A stretch of DNA of 63,762 bases, counting the filler, from Reclinomonas americana ATCC 50394 (taxonomy: Eukaryota), in assembly GCA_048213135.1 (NCBI GenBank). It is 21 parts of 21 records of this genome, joined end to end, with 100 filler letters (N's around TTAATTAATTAA, not from the genome) between each part and the next. Parts side by side here need not be neighbours in the genome. Positions count along the whole stretch, not along the records: positions 45,461 to 48,516 come from AFZH01018051.1; positions 48,617 to 56,739 come from AFZH01018052.1; 19 more parts are not named here. One strand, written 5' to 3'. The position numbers and the translations under genes are program-made. The notes under the pieces were generated by a model. The model ran no database searches, was not told the DNA's origin, and saw only the letters and a program-made list of their open reading frames with translations. This document shows positions 45,918-56,839 of this stretch, piece by piece. Numbering within the stretch: position 1 is the stretch's first letter; each line of letters opens with the position of its first letter.

Positions 45918-47467
45918 ATGTCGCGATCACCAACTCGTACATTTCTGGCTTTCGCCATGCTGCTGCTGTGCTTGCAAGCAACAAACGGTTCGTGAATTCA
46001 CTCTGTGTGTGCCTTGTATTCGTTCTCCCGCCCACTGACGATTATGTGTTGCGACCAACAGTGTTGGCACAAGTGCCACCAGTGACCACCCTGCCGGCCA
46101 CCCACCCTCCACGGCACGGCCAGTTTCGGATCAGCGAGTACGTACGCCTCATTCCACGTTTCCGCAGACATGGTGTCATACAACTCGACCGCTGCACACC
46201 CGCCGACGCCAGCAGCCAACACAGACTTCTCGGTGGTCCTCACTGGCCTGCAGCCGAATCACCAGTACTGCTACTTTACACAGTTGCAGAATTCGAGTCC
46301 GATTGCAGTTTTCCCACCGGTGAATGGCGCCACGCTGTGCTTCACCACGCTGACGAACCTGCCGGCGACGGCGGCGCTCTCCCCGCAATCGTACCCCGCG
46401 CCCTCGATCGCCGGCCAGCTGCTGGGCACGCTCACTCCGGAGGGCGGCGACTGGCAGACCTACACGTTTACCGTGACCGGCGGTGTCGATGCCGTCTCAG
46501 TATACGTGATCGGCAACAAGTTGTACGCCACGGTGGGCGGCCTCCAACACGTTCTGCAGGTCACTATCGGCACGACAGGCAGCGGCTCCACTCACCCGAC
46601 CACCAACACGCCGTTTGTCATTGTTCCGATTGGTTAGTGGAGGAAGGGGAAAGAGTGGTGGGGAAGCCACAACGAATAGCTGGGTGCTAACGTCAATAGG
46701 CGGGGGAGTGACAGAGCAGTGCGCAGAGAGTGAGAGGAACAGCGAGCAGAGCTAGCAGCCAAGCGATATGAATTCGCTACGACATAGCATGGTGTTCTAC
46801 GGAAACAAACCAGCAGCAGAAGTGATGTATGTGAAGGGATGAATCCGAAAGAGAGCACAACAAGAAGAGACAATATGAGAAGCAATGAGAGTGGACTTTC
46901 AAGAAAACAGTGCAAGTAGCCATGCGAGGAGCACTCACTGCGCATCACCAGTGTCGCCGCTGCCGGAGCCGTCCATGACATGCGAATGTCCGATCCCGCA
47001 AGCGCAGAACTGCACGGTTTCCGTGCCGACACATGGTGATCCTCTGCCTTGCCCTGCGGAATGCCCTCCCTATGATCCTCCCTCTACTCCTTCTACTCCC
47101 GCTCCCCAGTGCTCCCCGGTGTCCATGCCGGCGGTTCTTATCGGGGCGGCCATCGGTGCCGCTGCCATGTTTTCAATGATGTGCTGCCTGGGGTGCTGCT
47201 GCTTCTGCTGCCGTCGTCGTCGCCGAAAGGAGCGCGCCGGCGCTGTTGCTGCTGCCACGGACGGGAAGGTGCGTTGTGAACGGAATCGCTGTTGCTGCAA
47301 GAGACTCAAGCGAAAACAAAATGCAGACGCCCGGCAATGACGTTGAGAACGCACACTCACCCGAGACAACTGGCACCGACGAGCTGAGCCAGCACGAGTC
47401 GGCTGCAGCAGTGGCGGCGAGTGTAACAGATGTTGCGCTGGATATGGGTGCGGTGCCGGAGCTGTAG
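45918..47467 (+). CDS. Type I membrane protein: signal peptide, FN3-like domain, Pro/Cys stalk, TM helix, Cys-rich juxtamembrane; apparent frameshift at ~46103
   Basis: MSRSPTRTFLAFAMLLLCLQ; FSVVLTGLQPNHQYCY (FN3 LxxLxPxxxY); AVLIGAAIGAAAMFSMMCCLGCCCFCCRRRRR. Confidence 0.7.
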
Positions 47468-47651
47468 GTGCAAGGAAGGGAAGGTTATGTAAAAGTAAAC
47501 ATGATGTAGTTGCACGTGATGACAGAGTGATTGAAACACTGAAGCTCGCTAACTGTACGCTGGCGCTGCTGGTCACTGAGAGAGAGAGAGAGAGAGGAGG
47601 CACATGAATAAACGACAAAGAGTAAGAAGCACGAGTGCGCAGTGAGTGGGT

Positions 47652-50173
47652 TCATTTTGATTTCTTCTTGGCCGGCATCTTGCTCACGAATCGATGGGCA
47701 CGCTCGTCAATGTAGCGCCAGGGTACGTCGGCCCACTCGCCGGCTGTGGTGGCATGTCAGTGGCGCGGATAGAAATTGGGAGAACAGAAAACGCACCCGA
47801 GTCAATGCCGATGCGGCGGGTGGCGAGGACGTGCTCGTCGGGAGTGGGTTCGCCGGGCTCGAGGTAGATCTCTTCGTTGAGGTGGAGGTGCTGGCCGTCG
47901 TGGGCGTCACGGGTGATCTGTGGGGGAGGATGAGGGAAAGGCAAAGGCTAGGAAAACACAACACACGTACATGCATCGACTGGCACAGTTTGGAGGGACC
48001 GGAGCACAGGTCGGTGAGTGCAAAGGAGCTTGCCTGTGACGTGCGTGGTGAGTGCAACGGGAGGGGAGGGTTTTGATGCGCTGTGAGGGCACAAACCGGC
48101 GCGTTGCCGCGAGAGGCCGCAGCACGGAAATTCATCATGTGCTCGATGCCTTCGAGGGGTTCGAGGGCGCGGATCTGGGTGGGAGGAGAGTGAATGACAA
48201 GGGAAGGCAAAGGGAAGAGACAGACAGAAGAGGAAAGAGATACTGGCAGTCAATAGCACATCAAGAGTGAAAGTGAATCAGAAGAGACAGGCAGTGAGAA
48301 GAGAGAGAGAACAAAGAATACGGCGGAGGAGGTGGAGGAGGTGGCGGTGGAGGAGGAGGTGGTGGTGGTGGAGGAGGAGGAGATGGAGGAGGAGGAGGAG
48401 ATGGAGGAGGAGGAGTGAGAAGAGATAAAAGAGAAGAAGAAGACAAACAGAAGAGAGAAGAAGTAGAGAGAGAGACGAGAGAAGAAAGAAGAAACGAAAA
48501 CGAAACGAAAACGAAANNNNNNNNNNNNNNNNNNNNNNNNNNNNNNNNNNNNNNNNNNNNTTAATTAATTAANNNNNNNNNNNNNNNNNNNNNNNNNNNN
48601 NNNNNNNNNNNNNNNNTGGAGGAGGAGGAGTGAGAAGAAGAATAAAAAGAAGAAGAAGAAGAACAAAAACAAGAAGAAGAAGAAGAAAATGATGATGACG
48701 ATGAAGAACAAGAACAACAACAAGAAGAAGAAGAAGTAGAAGAGGACTGAAAAGGAAGAAGACGTGGAAGAAATAAGTGAAAAGAAGAAGAAGAAGAAGA
48801 AGAAGAAGATGGCGCGAAAGAAGCTGGAGACGGAGAAGAAGGCGCGGAAGGAGGAGGAGGAGGTAGCGGCGGTAGAGATGGTAGAAGAGAGGAAGGAAAA
48901 GACGGCGAAGGAGTACAGTTGGAGGTGGTGGAAGAAGGAAGAGAAAAATAACGGGAACAAAAAAGGACAAGTCCACCACAGCGGCCACGAGAGCGGCAGA
49001 CCATCACGCAGGAGGGGCAACGATGGCAGGAAAGCCAGAAGAATGGGGATGAACGCTGGAAAGCAGGGAAACACAGAGTTGCAGCGAGTGCGAGAGAGTG
49101 AGAGTGCGAGAGAAGGAAAATACACACGAGACATCGCCCTTCCCCTCTGACGCGCTCACCAGCACTCCATGCGGCGAATGCGTCGTGCAAATGACGTTGA
49201 TGCAGCAGTAGCCGTGGATGGGATACACGTATGCATGGCCCGGGCCCTTGTACATGCTCTCGTTCTTCTTGGTTCGACGGCCGCCGTCTGCGAAGGAGGA
49301 GGAAGGAGGAGATGAGGATGAAGAGATGTCACACGGAATTAAGAGGATGCAAGAAAGTGAAAGGAAGGGAGAGAGGTGGAATGGCTTGGTCGACAGATAG
49401 AAAGGGGTTGAAGAGGGAGCGCGCAGTGAGAGAGATGAGGATCAAAGGAGTTTGCAGGAGGGATTCTGTGTTCAAAGTGAGTGAGGAAGGGGACGAAGAG
49501 AGGGGGACGGAGAGGCAGAGAGAGAGAGAGAGAGAGAGAATGTGGGCAGGGGAAGGAGAGGAAGAGATGAGGGAGAGGGGCAACGAAGAAGAGAGGGAGG
49601 AGGAAGAGAAAGCACGCAACACGAGTGAGCAGCTCGATCATCGGGTCCAGCATATGCCTTTTTGACACAGGATGAGAAGTCGATGCAGAGCAGAGGACGA
49701 GGAGAGAAGAGGTGGGAAGGAGAGAGCGCAACTTCCACCTCCACAATGCGACCGCGCATTACCACGTCGTCACCAATCCTGTGAGAAGAGTGAGTGAGCG
49801 AGAGAGTGAGTGAGTGAGTGAGAGGAATGCACTTCCTTTCTCCTCTTCATCTCTTCTCCTCTCCCTCCTCTCCTTCTCTTCTCTCTCTCCCCTCTCTCCT
49901 CTCCTCTCTTCTCTCTCCTCTCTCCTCCTCTCTTCCCTTCTCTTCTCCCACACACACTCACCTCCCACACACTCACCTCCGCACAAGCACAGCACCCAAC
50001 AATCGCTTGGCCACATCGTGCACACTCGACTCTGGCGCAAAGATGACTTGCCACAGTGAATCAACCTCTGCAGTTGCTTCAGTGCGGATGCAGGCGCGTT
50101 TCCGGTCGGGTTCTGGTAATGAGGAAGAGGAAGTGGCGTCTTCTGTTACGGAGCGAGTGCGACGACGACTCAT
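47652..50173 (-). CDS. MPG: 3-methyladenine DNA glycosylase (MPG/AAG family), 8 exons
   Basis: Spliced motifs AKRLLGAVLVR, GRIVEVEAY.GPDDRAAHS, PGHAYVY, VLIRALEPLEG, LCSGPSKLCQ, RIGI and PWRY. Confidence 0.92.
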
Positions 50174-50396
50174 TGTGTGATAAGTTTGTGTGATTGACAG
50201 GATTTTTGGCGTGTTTGTCGGATTTGTGGAGGGGAAGAGGTGATGGCGTTTGTGTGTACGCGCATTGTGTTCAGGGTGTGATGGCACAGGTGCTTGGTTT
50301 GCTGGGATGAATGCGAGTCCTTTGAATTGCTGGCAGATCCGACAAACCCGACGACAGTGACAAGTTTCTTTCAGTTCATCATCCGTCACGCACACA

Positions 50397-50430
50397 ATGT
50401 CGGTGCGTCTGTCACACTCTTCTCTCTTGC

Positions 50431-50479
<49 letters not shown>

Positions 50480-53400
50480 CACACTTTTCGCACACACTCT
50501 CTTTCTCGTTTATACATGTTTGTATTGTTTGCATTTACACTGTTCTCCTCTCGCGCCCACTTTGTCACCTCTCACTCATCGCTCTCTCCCCACCCTCTCT
50601 TCTCGTGCAGTTCTCTGTGCATGTGAGTGCGGCGCATGATTCGTCGCTGTCGGTGGTGGTGGAGGGCATGGCGGCCATGTCCACTCTCGCAGACTTGCTG
50701 CGTGAGGCCACACGCTTGCTGCGAGAGAAGAGTGGAGACGAGGAGATGGAGATTGTGGGAGTGGAGAGGCCGGTGCCATATGATATCGTAGACGGTGGCG
50801 GCATTCCGCTTCGCATTTTGGGCATCAATTCATCCACTCATCTCGTCGTCCGCGTGAATGTACGCGTGGCGCCGCAGTCGAGTGGATGGAGTGGGAGTGG
50901 GAGCGGAAGGTGTGTATGTTGGATGTGTTTGTGGTTCATTCACTGTGCCAAACATGCCACTCACTCTCACGTCTCCCAGCAGCAACTCGGAGCGAGTGAC
51001 TCGGTTGGTTTTTTGTCTTCATCAACCTCTTCTCCCCCTCCCATGTTCTACTCTCCATGAGAGTCTGCGCTGACCCAGTCTGTGTGTACACAGCATAATC
51101 AACTCGCAGCGCATCAGCATGGCCTTCGAGGTGGTGGAGGAGGCCGTGCGTCTGTGCTGTCAACGTACACTGGCGCAGTTCAGTCGAGATCATTCCGACT
51201 TTGACGTGCGGGCGTGGGTGCCGAGTTTCACGCCCGCCGGTATGGATGCGGTGGCAGTGAGGACGTGGCGTGAACGACATGCCCCTCTCCTCCCCTCTCG
51301 AGTCAGGCTGTTTGAGGAGAAGCATTCGGTGGTGTTGTCCTGGCGTGTGGCATTCGACACCAACCCCTCATCCGACCCTCTGTGTGACGGTTTCGACACG
51401 ACGGCACTCACCTCCATCATGCTGTATGGTGGACTCGTTCAAGACAATGGTCGCAAGGTGCTTGTGATTGACAATTCCGGCGTTCGAAAGACCTTGGAGG
51501 AGCTGGTTACTATCAGAAACAAGCTAAGGCACGACGAGATGCCATTCACGCAGGCCACTGTGCAGCAGTACCTTGGTGACGGTGGTGTCTTCCTCTCCAT
51601 CCTCTCTCGACTGCCGTTGACGGCTGACGAGGTTGCTCGATTCATTGCGCGTATCCGTGAGGCACGTCACGTGCAGCTAACTATCAGCACATTCGATGAA
51701 CGACTTCATCGACTGGCTGTGCGTGAGCTCTCATTCTACCAACACGACGAGAACGTGCGCAAAGACATGCAGATGTATGTGCCACTGCTGTGCTCCCGCG
51801 ATCGTGAAGTCTCGTCGAGGTACAAGATGGCAGATCTGTTATCTGAGGTGGATGCGTTCCTCTCCGACACCAACACCTCGCAGCGCGTGTTGGTGTTGTT
51901 TGGCAACAGCGGGGCCGGTAAGACCACCACCATGTCGGTGCTGGCCGAGCGAGCATGGCAACAGTGGCAGACGAGGGAAAGCAGACGAGTGCCTGTGCGT
52001 GTGCCTCTCGGTGCTCTGCGCAATGCCGATGAGCGATTGTTGGAGGAGGCACTGGAGCGACTGTCGCCTGACTTGGGTCTTGACGAGGATGTGCGACGGT
52101 TGAAGGAGGAACCACTGCTGTTGTTGCTTGACGGATACGATGAGTTGTATCGCGGTGTAAATCTGTTTGTCAAGAACCAGCTGGATGTGTGTCGCGATGT
52201 GAAGGTGATTATCACCTGTCGCGGCGATTATGCGCTGACGGCACTGGGTGGTGTGACGCAGTATCGACGGTACTTTGCACCAATGAATGCGCGAGGACAG
52301 CTGTGCATACAGCAGTTGATGGAGCGACATATTGCACCATTTGACAAGAAGCAGATTGAGGAGTACTTTGAGCGGCTGGTGCAAGTGGATGGTGATGATG
52401 ATGAAGTGCGATGGTCGACTGCGGAGGAGTACATTCTTGAACTGAAGAGTGTCCATGGGCTTGATACTCTGGTGTCGAATCCGTTTATGCTGGCTGTGGT
52501 GGCTCGTGTGTTGCCGCAGTTGGTGGCGAATGGTGTGCAACGACCGACTCGGTGCGATGTATTTGACCGATTCATTCGACAGTGGATTGCGAGGGAGCAG
52601 GAGAGGCAGACGCGCCTTGGCGCAAAGCGTGTACCGAGTGAGGACGTGTGTCTCTCGTTCTGCGAGGGACTGGCAAGGTTGATGCATGAGAGGAATATGG
52701 TGCGGGTGGTGCCAGAGGAGCAAGCGTCTGAAGAAGACGTTGCTGACTTTGGTGGTGCGCCACTCGATCGTCGGCGAGTGGAAGAGGGACCGTTTGACAA
52801 GTTCCTCGGTCATAAGAATCAGCATGTGCGAGTGTGCTGTCCGATTGTGCGACGGTACGGGACGACGCAGTGGGGATTCGTGCATCTGTCGTTGCTGGAG
52901 CACTGTGTGGCACGACATGTGTTTGCGTGGGAGACGTGGGATGAGAAGAGGAGACTTTCGGTGCAAGATGTGCAGCAGCATGTGTTGGCTGTGCGACTCC
53001 TCAATGATCGACCCTCGTTGGTGGAGCAGATGGCCGAGGTGGTGCGACGGTCTCCTGCATTGCAAGCGAGACTGTGGGAGGTAATTGAGCTGTCACGGGA
53101 GGTGGATAGCATGAGGTTGGTGACAGCAGCCGCGAATGCAGCAACGGTGTTGTGCGTGGCACAAGTGTCGTTCAGTGGGCGAGATCTGTCGGGAGTGCGA
53201 GTGAGGGGTGCGGATTTGAGGGATGCAGTGATGCACCGGACGGTGTGGAGGGGTGCGGATTTGCGAGGAGTGAATGTGTGCATGGCGTATGCGAGCGATG
53301 CGGATTTCAGAGGGGCGGATGTGACGGATGTGAAGTGGCCGAAGATGCCGATGGTAGGGCACACAGGCTCGGTAAACGCCGTCGGCATCTCTGTAGACAA

Positions 53401-55198
53401 TCAGTACATTGTGAGTGGGAGTTTTGACAAGACTGTACGAGTGTGGTCTGTGGCGAGTGGACAGCTAGTAAGGCAGTTCATTGGGCATGCGGAAGTTGTT
53501 CGTTCTGTTGCTTTTACGCCTGATGGTCAGTATGTTGTAAGTGGGAGCGGAGACACAACAGTTCGCGTGTGGTCGCTTGTGAACGGCGATGAGGTGATTT
53601 CAATGCACGGGCACTCGTTGTCTGTGCTCTCTGTTACTGTTTCTCCTGATAGTCAGTTTGTGGTGAGCGGGAGTCAGGATTCGACCGGACGACTGTGGTC
53701 GCTGGAGAGTGGAGACGAAGTGCGACGGATGGAGGGCCACTCTGCTGCTGTAAGATGCGTCATATTTACGTCAGACAGTCAGCACATAGTGAGTGGAAGT
53801 GAGGATAAGTCTGTGCGAATGTGGTCGTGTGCAACTGGAGAAGAAGTACAACGGTTTACGGGGCACAAGCATATGGTATTATGTGTTGCCATCACTCCCG
53901 ATGGTCAGCAGATCGTGAGTGGGGGGACCGATAGGACAGTGCGTTTGTGGTCTGTGGCGAGTGGAGAAGAGATGCGACGGATGGAGGGACATGGTGGCAT
54001 TGTACTCTCTGTCGCTGTAACCCTCGATGGTCAGCACATAGTTAGTGGGAGTCGTGATCGCACTGCACGAAAGTGGTCACCAATAAGCGGCGCTGAATTG
54101 CATCGATACGACTTGTCTGTGGATGAAGTGAATTGTATTGTTTTTTCTGTCAACAGGCAACTTGCTGTCACTGGCAGCTGTGACTTTGCCGTGCGGGCGT
54201 TGTCGCTGGGTGGAATCGATGAGTCCAGACGGCCACGGGAACACGCTGGCTTGGTGAACGCTATCGCCGTCACGCCTGACTGTCGGTACGTCGTGAGTGG
54301 CGGCTTGGACAAAACAGTGCGTTTGTGGTCGCTGGCGAGTGGAGAAGAATTGCGACGCTTTGAGGGGCACACTGATCCGGTGTCCTCTGTTGCTGTCACC
54401 CACGATGGCCAACGCGTCGTCAGTGGGAGCTTTGACGGTTCTGTACGAATATGGTTGCTGACGAGTGGAAAGGAAATTCAGCGCTTGACGGGACACGCTG
54501 CTGGAGTGCGCTTAGTTGCTGTCGCTCGTGATTGTCGGCATATTGCGAGTGTGAGTAGTGACGACACCGTGCGGCTTTGGTCTTTGGTGGGCGAAGGAGA
54601 ATTGCTGCATGTCTGGGAAGCTGCAAGTGGGGCTCAAGCCGTCGCCTTTTCTCCCGATGGGCAGTACCTTGTGTGTGGAAGTAACGACGACACAGTACGA
54701 GTGTGGTCTCTTGACAGTCGAGAGGATGTGCAACATTTCATGGTTAGCAGAGTGATCGTTTCTATCGGTGTCACTGCTGATAGTAAGTTTGTGGTAAGCG
54801 GGGGCACTGACGAGAAACTGCGGCTGTGGCCGCTGGCAAATGACACGGAGGTACGAATATTTGGCGGATGTGCTTCGCAAGCTATTTCGATCGCGCTTGC
54901 TCCTGACGGCCAGAATACTGTATGCGGAAGTTGTGAACCAACTGTTCGTGTGTGGTCCACCAGCGCGTATGTGCGTTACGGTGAAACTCACAATGTTGAA
55001 AGGATATTGCGGATATCTTCACTCGCCGATCATGTGGACTGTATTTCTAGCTATGCTGCCCCCGCCGATCTGTTGATATTTTCGGTTGACGCCGCGATCC
55101 ACATACTGCGACGAGATGCCGAGGGAGAGCTGCTCTTGAGGGTGCTTGGTAATTTTCTTCCGAGTTTCGATGGCGCATTGCTTGGGTTCTTGACGTGA
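50397..55198 (+). CDS. NLR-like STAND protein: ubiquitin-like, HEPN, NACHT, pentapeptide, WD40 x13-14
   Basis: Exons 50397-50402, 50611-50909, ~50980-51003 and 51094-55198 splice in frame. Motifs: FDTTALTSIM...IRNKLRH; Walker A GNSGAGKT; Walker B LLLLLDGYDE; KVIITCR; SNPFML; FVHLSLLEH; AAANAATVL followed by pentapeptides; 42-aa GH...W repeats. Confidence 0.92.
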
Positions 55199-56009
55199 TC
55201 GCTCAAGTGCTCAGGTTGTTGACGGTATCAATGAAATGCATATTTTGATTACAGTCCGTGTTTGCCTTGTATAAATTACTGGCCTGTGACGTGCGCAAAG
55301 ATGGAGAGAGAGAGAATCGAAGCTGAAGAATGAGCTATTCTACGTGCGCTTGAGCCACATACCAGCATCGCACCGGACGGGCCCTATGCGGTTTGAAGTC
55401 GAAAATCACTTGCCAATCGTTTCAGTTGCCGTAGTAGGAGGCCTTTCTTAATTTTGAAGACGCTGACAAGTACCCAGACCAGTCTGGCATGGCCTGTTCG
55501 CCGGAATCCATGCTGACATTACTTTTATTCCATCTGCTGCTCTGCGCCATTGATTGACGCCATTAGTTGACGATATGGTGGCCGAAACCACTTCACCGCT
55601 TCTCTCTTGCGGTAAGTGCAAAGCTCTGAGTCTCATAGGCAGGAAGTGTTGTGAGCGAGGTGAGAGCTGCACGTGATATTCTGGTAGGTCGTGTAGAAGG
55701 AGCGACCAAATTTGCAATTAGCGACTCTTGGCAGAGGGGCAGCCTGCGCTCTCGAGATCGCGATCGTGCCTCAGCGTGTCTCTTCTGGTGCCGACCTTTC
55801 CTTCTAGTCTATTCCACTCCATGCATACACGTTTCCTCTCTTTTCGGCCTGCAACACGCATCTCACATTGTTGGCGTAATTTGTCGGATTTGTTCGAGAT
55901 CGATTTCCGGCTGCACGCCAGCCACGCCGGTCACTCCCAACCTGACTCTCCTCCTGCCATCACAGCATTTTTTATCCCGAGTCCCCTGAGCAAAGATCAC
56001 GTAGTCATA

Positions 56010-56739
56010 ATGCGGTTGCGCCAGGCACTGCCAACATGTATCCTTCTCATTGGACTGTTTGTCTGTGGAGGTTTGTGTTTCCCACAAATTGTCTTTTCTC
56101 TCCATCAACTCACCTCGATCAATCGCACAGCTGCCGCTCAAGACGCAACCTCTGGCATCACCAACGTGCCGCGCGACACGAGCTCATCGAGCTCACCCAA
56201 GTCGTCCATCCCTCTCTTCGCCTGGCTCGCCGGTGGAGGTGGCTTTGCGGGAGTCGCGCTCGGTGTCGTCATTGGCTGTTGCTGGTGTGGCGGGTGCGGG
56301 TGGCTGAGGCGCTGCTGCTGCTGCTGCTGTGAAAGGAAACCCACAACTGCACGCAACGACGTGGATCTGGAGGCCGGACGTATGGTGTGTGGGAGAAGGA
56401 GCGAAAGAGACGAATAGAAGAGTTAGAAAGAGAGAAGGACGCAGAGGCAGAAAAGAAGAGAGGCAGCGAGCATGAGTAATAACTGCAAGGAACACCATGA
56501 GTTTCGACAACCAAGCATGTGACAGAAGTGACAGAGAATGAGAAAGAGAAGGCGTATCAAGAGAAAGGGATGCAGAGACAGGGGGAAAGAGAAAGAGAGG
56601 AGTTTGAACAGCGAGGGTGAGAGATACCCTGTAAGAGCGCCATGAGTTTCGACAGCCAAGCACGTGACAGAGAGGGACCACAAGAGACACAATCGCCCAC
56701 TCATGCCTTCTTTCTCACACACAGCACGGCGCCGCCCGC
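56010..56739 (+). CDS. Small single-pass membrane protein with a Cys-rich juxtamembrane tail, 3' end in a gap
   Basis: Signal-peptide exon MRLRQALPTCILLIGLFVCG, short Ser-rich ectodomain, Gly-rich TM helix, then CCWCGGCGWLRRCCCCCC. Confidence 0.65.
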
Positions 56740-56839
56740 NNNNNNNNNNNNNNNNNNNNNNNNNNNNNNNNNNNNNNNNNNNNTTAATTAATTAANNNNN
56801 NNNNNNNNNNNNNNNNNNNNNNNNNNNNNNNNNNNNNNN

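Noticed and set aside
51839..53400. Long antisense ORFs (408 and 193 aa) opposite the NACHT exon
   Set aside because: Shadow ORFs from codon bias, with no recognisable motifs.
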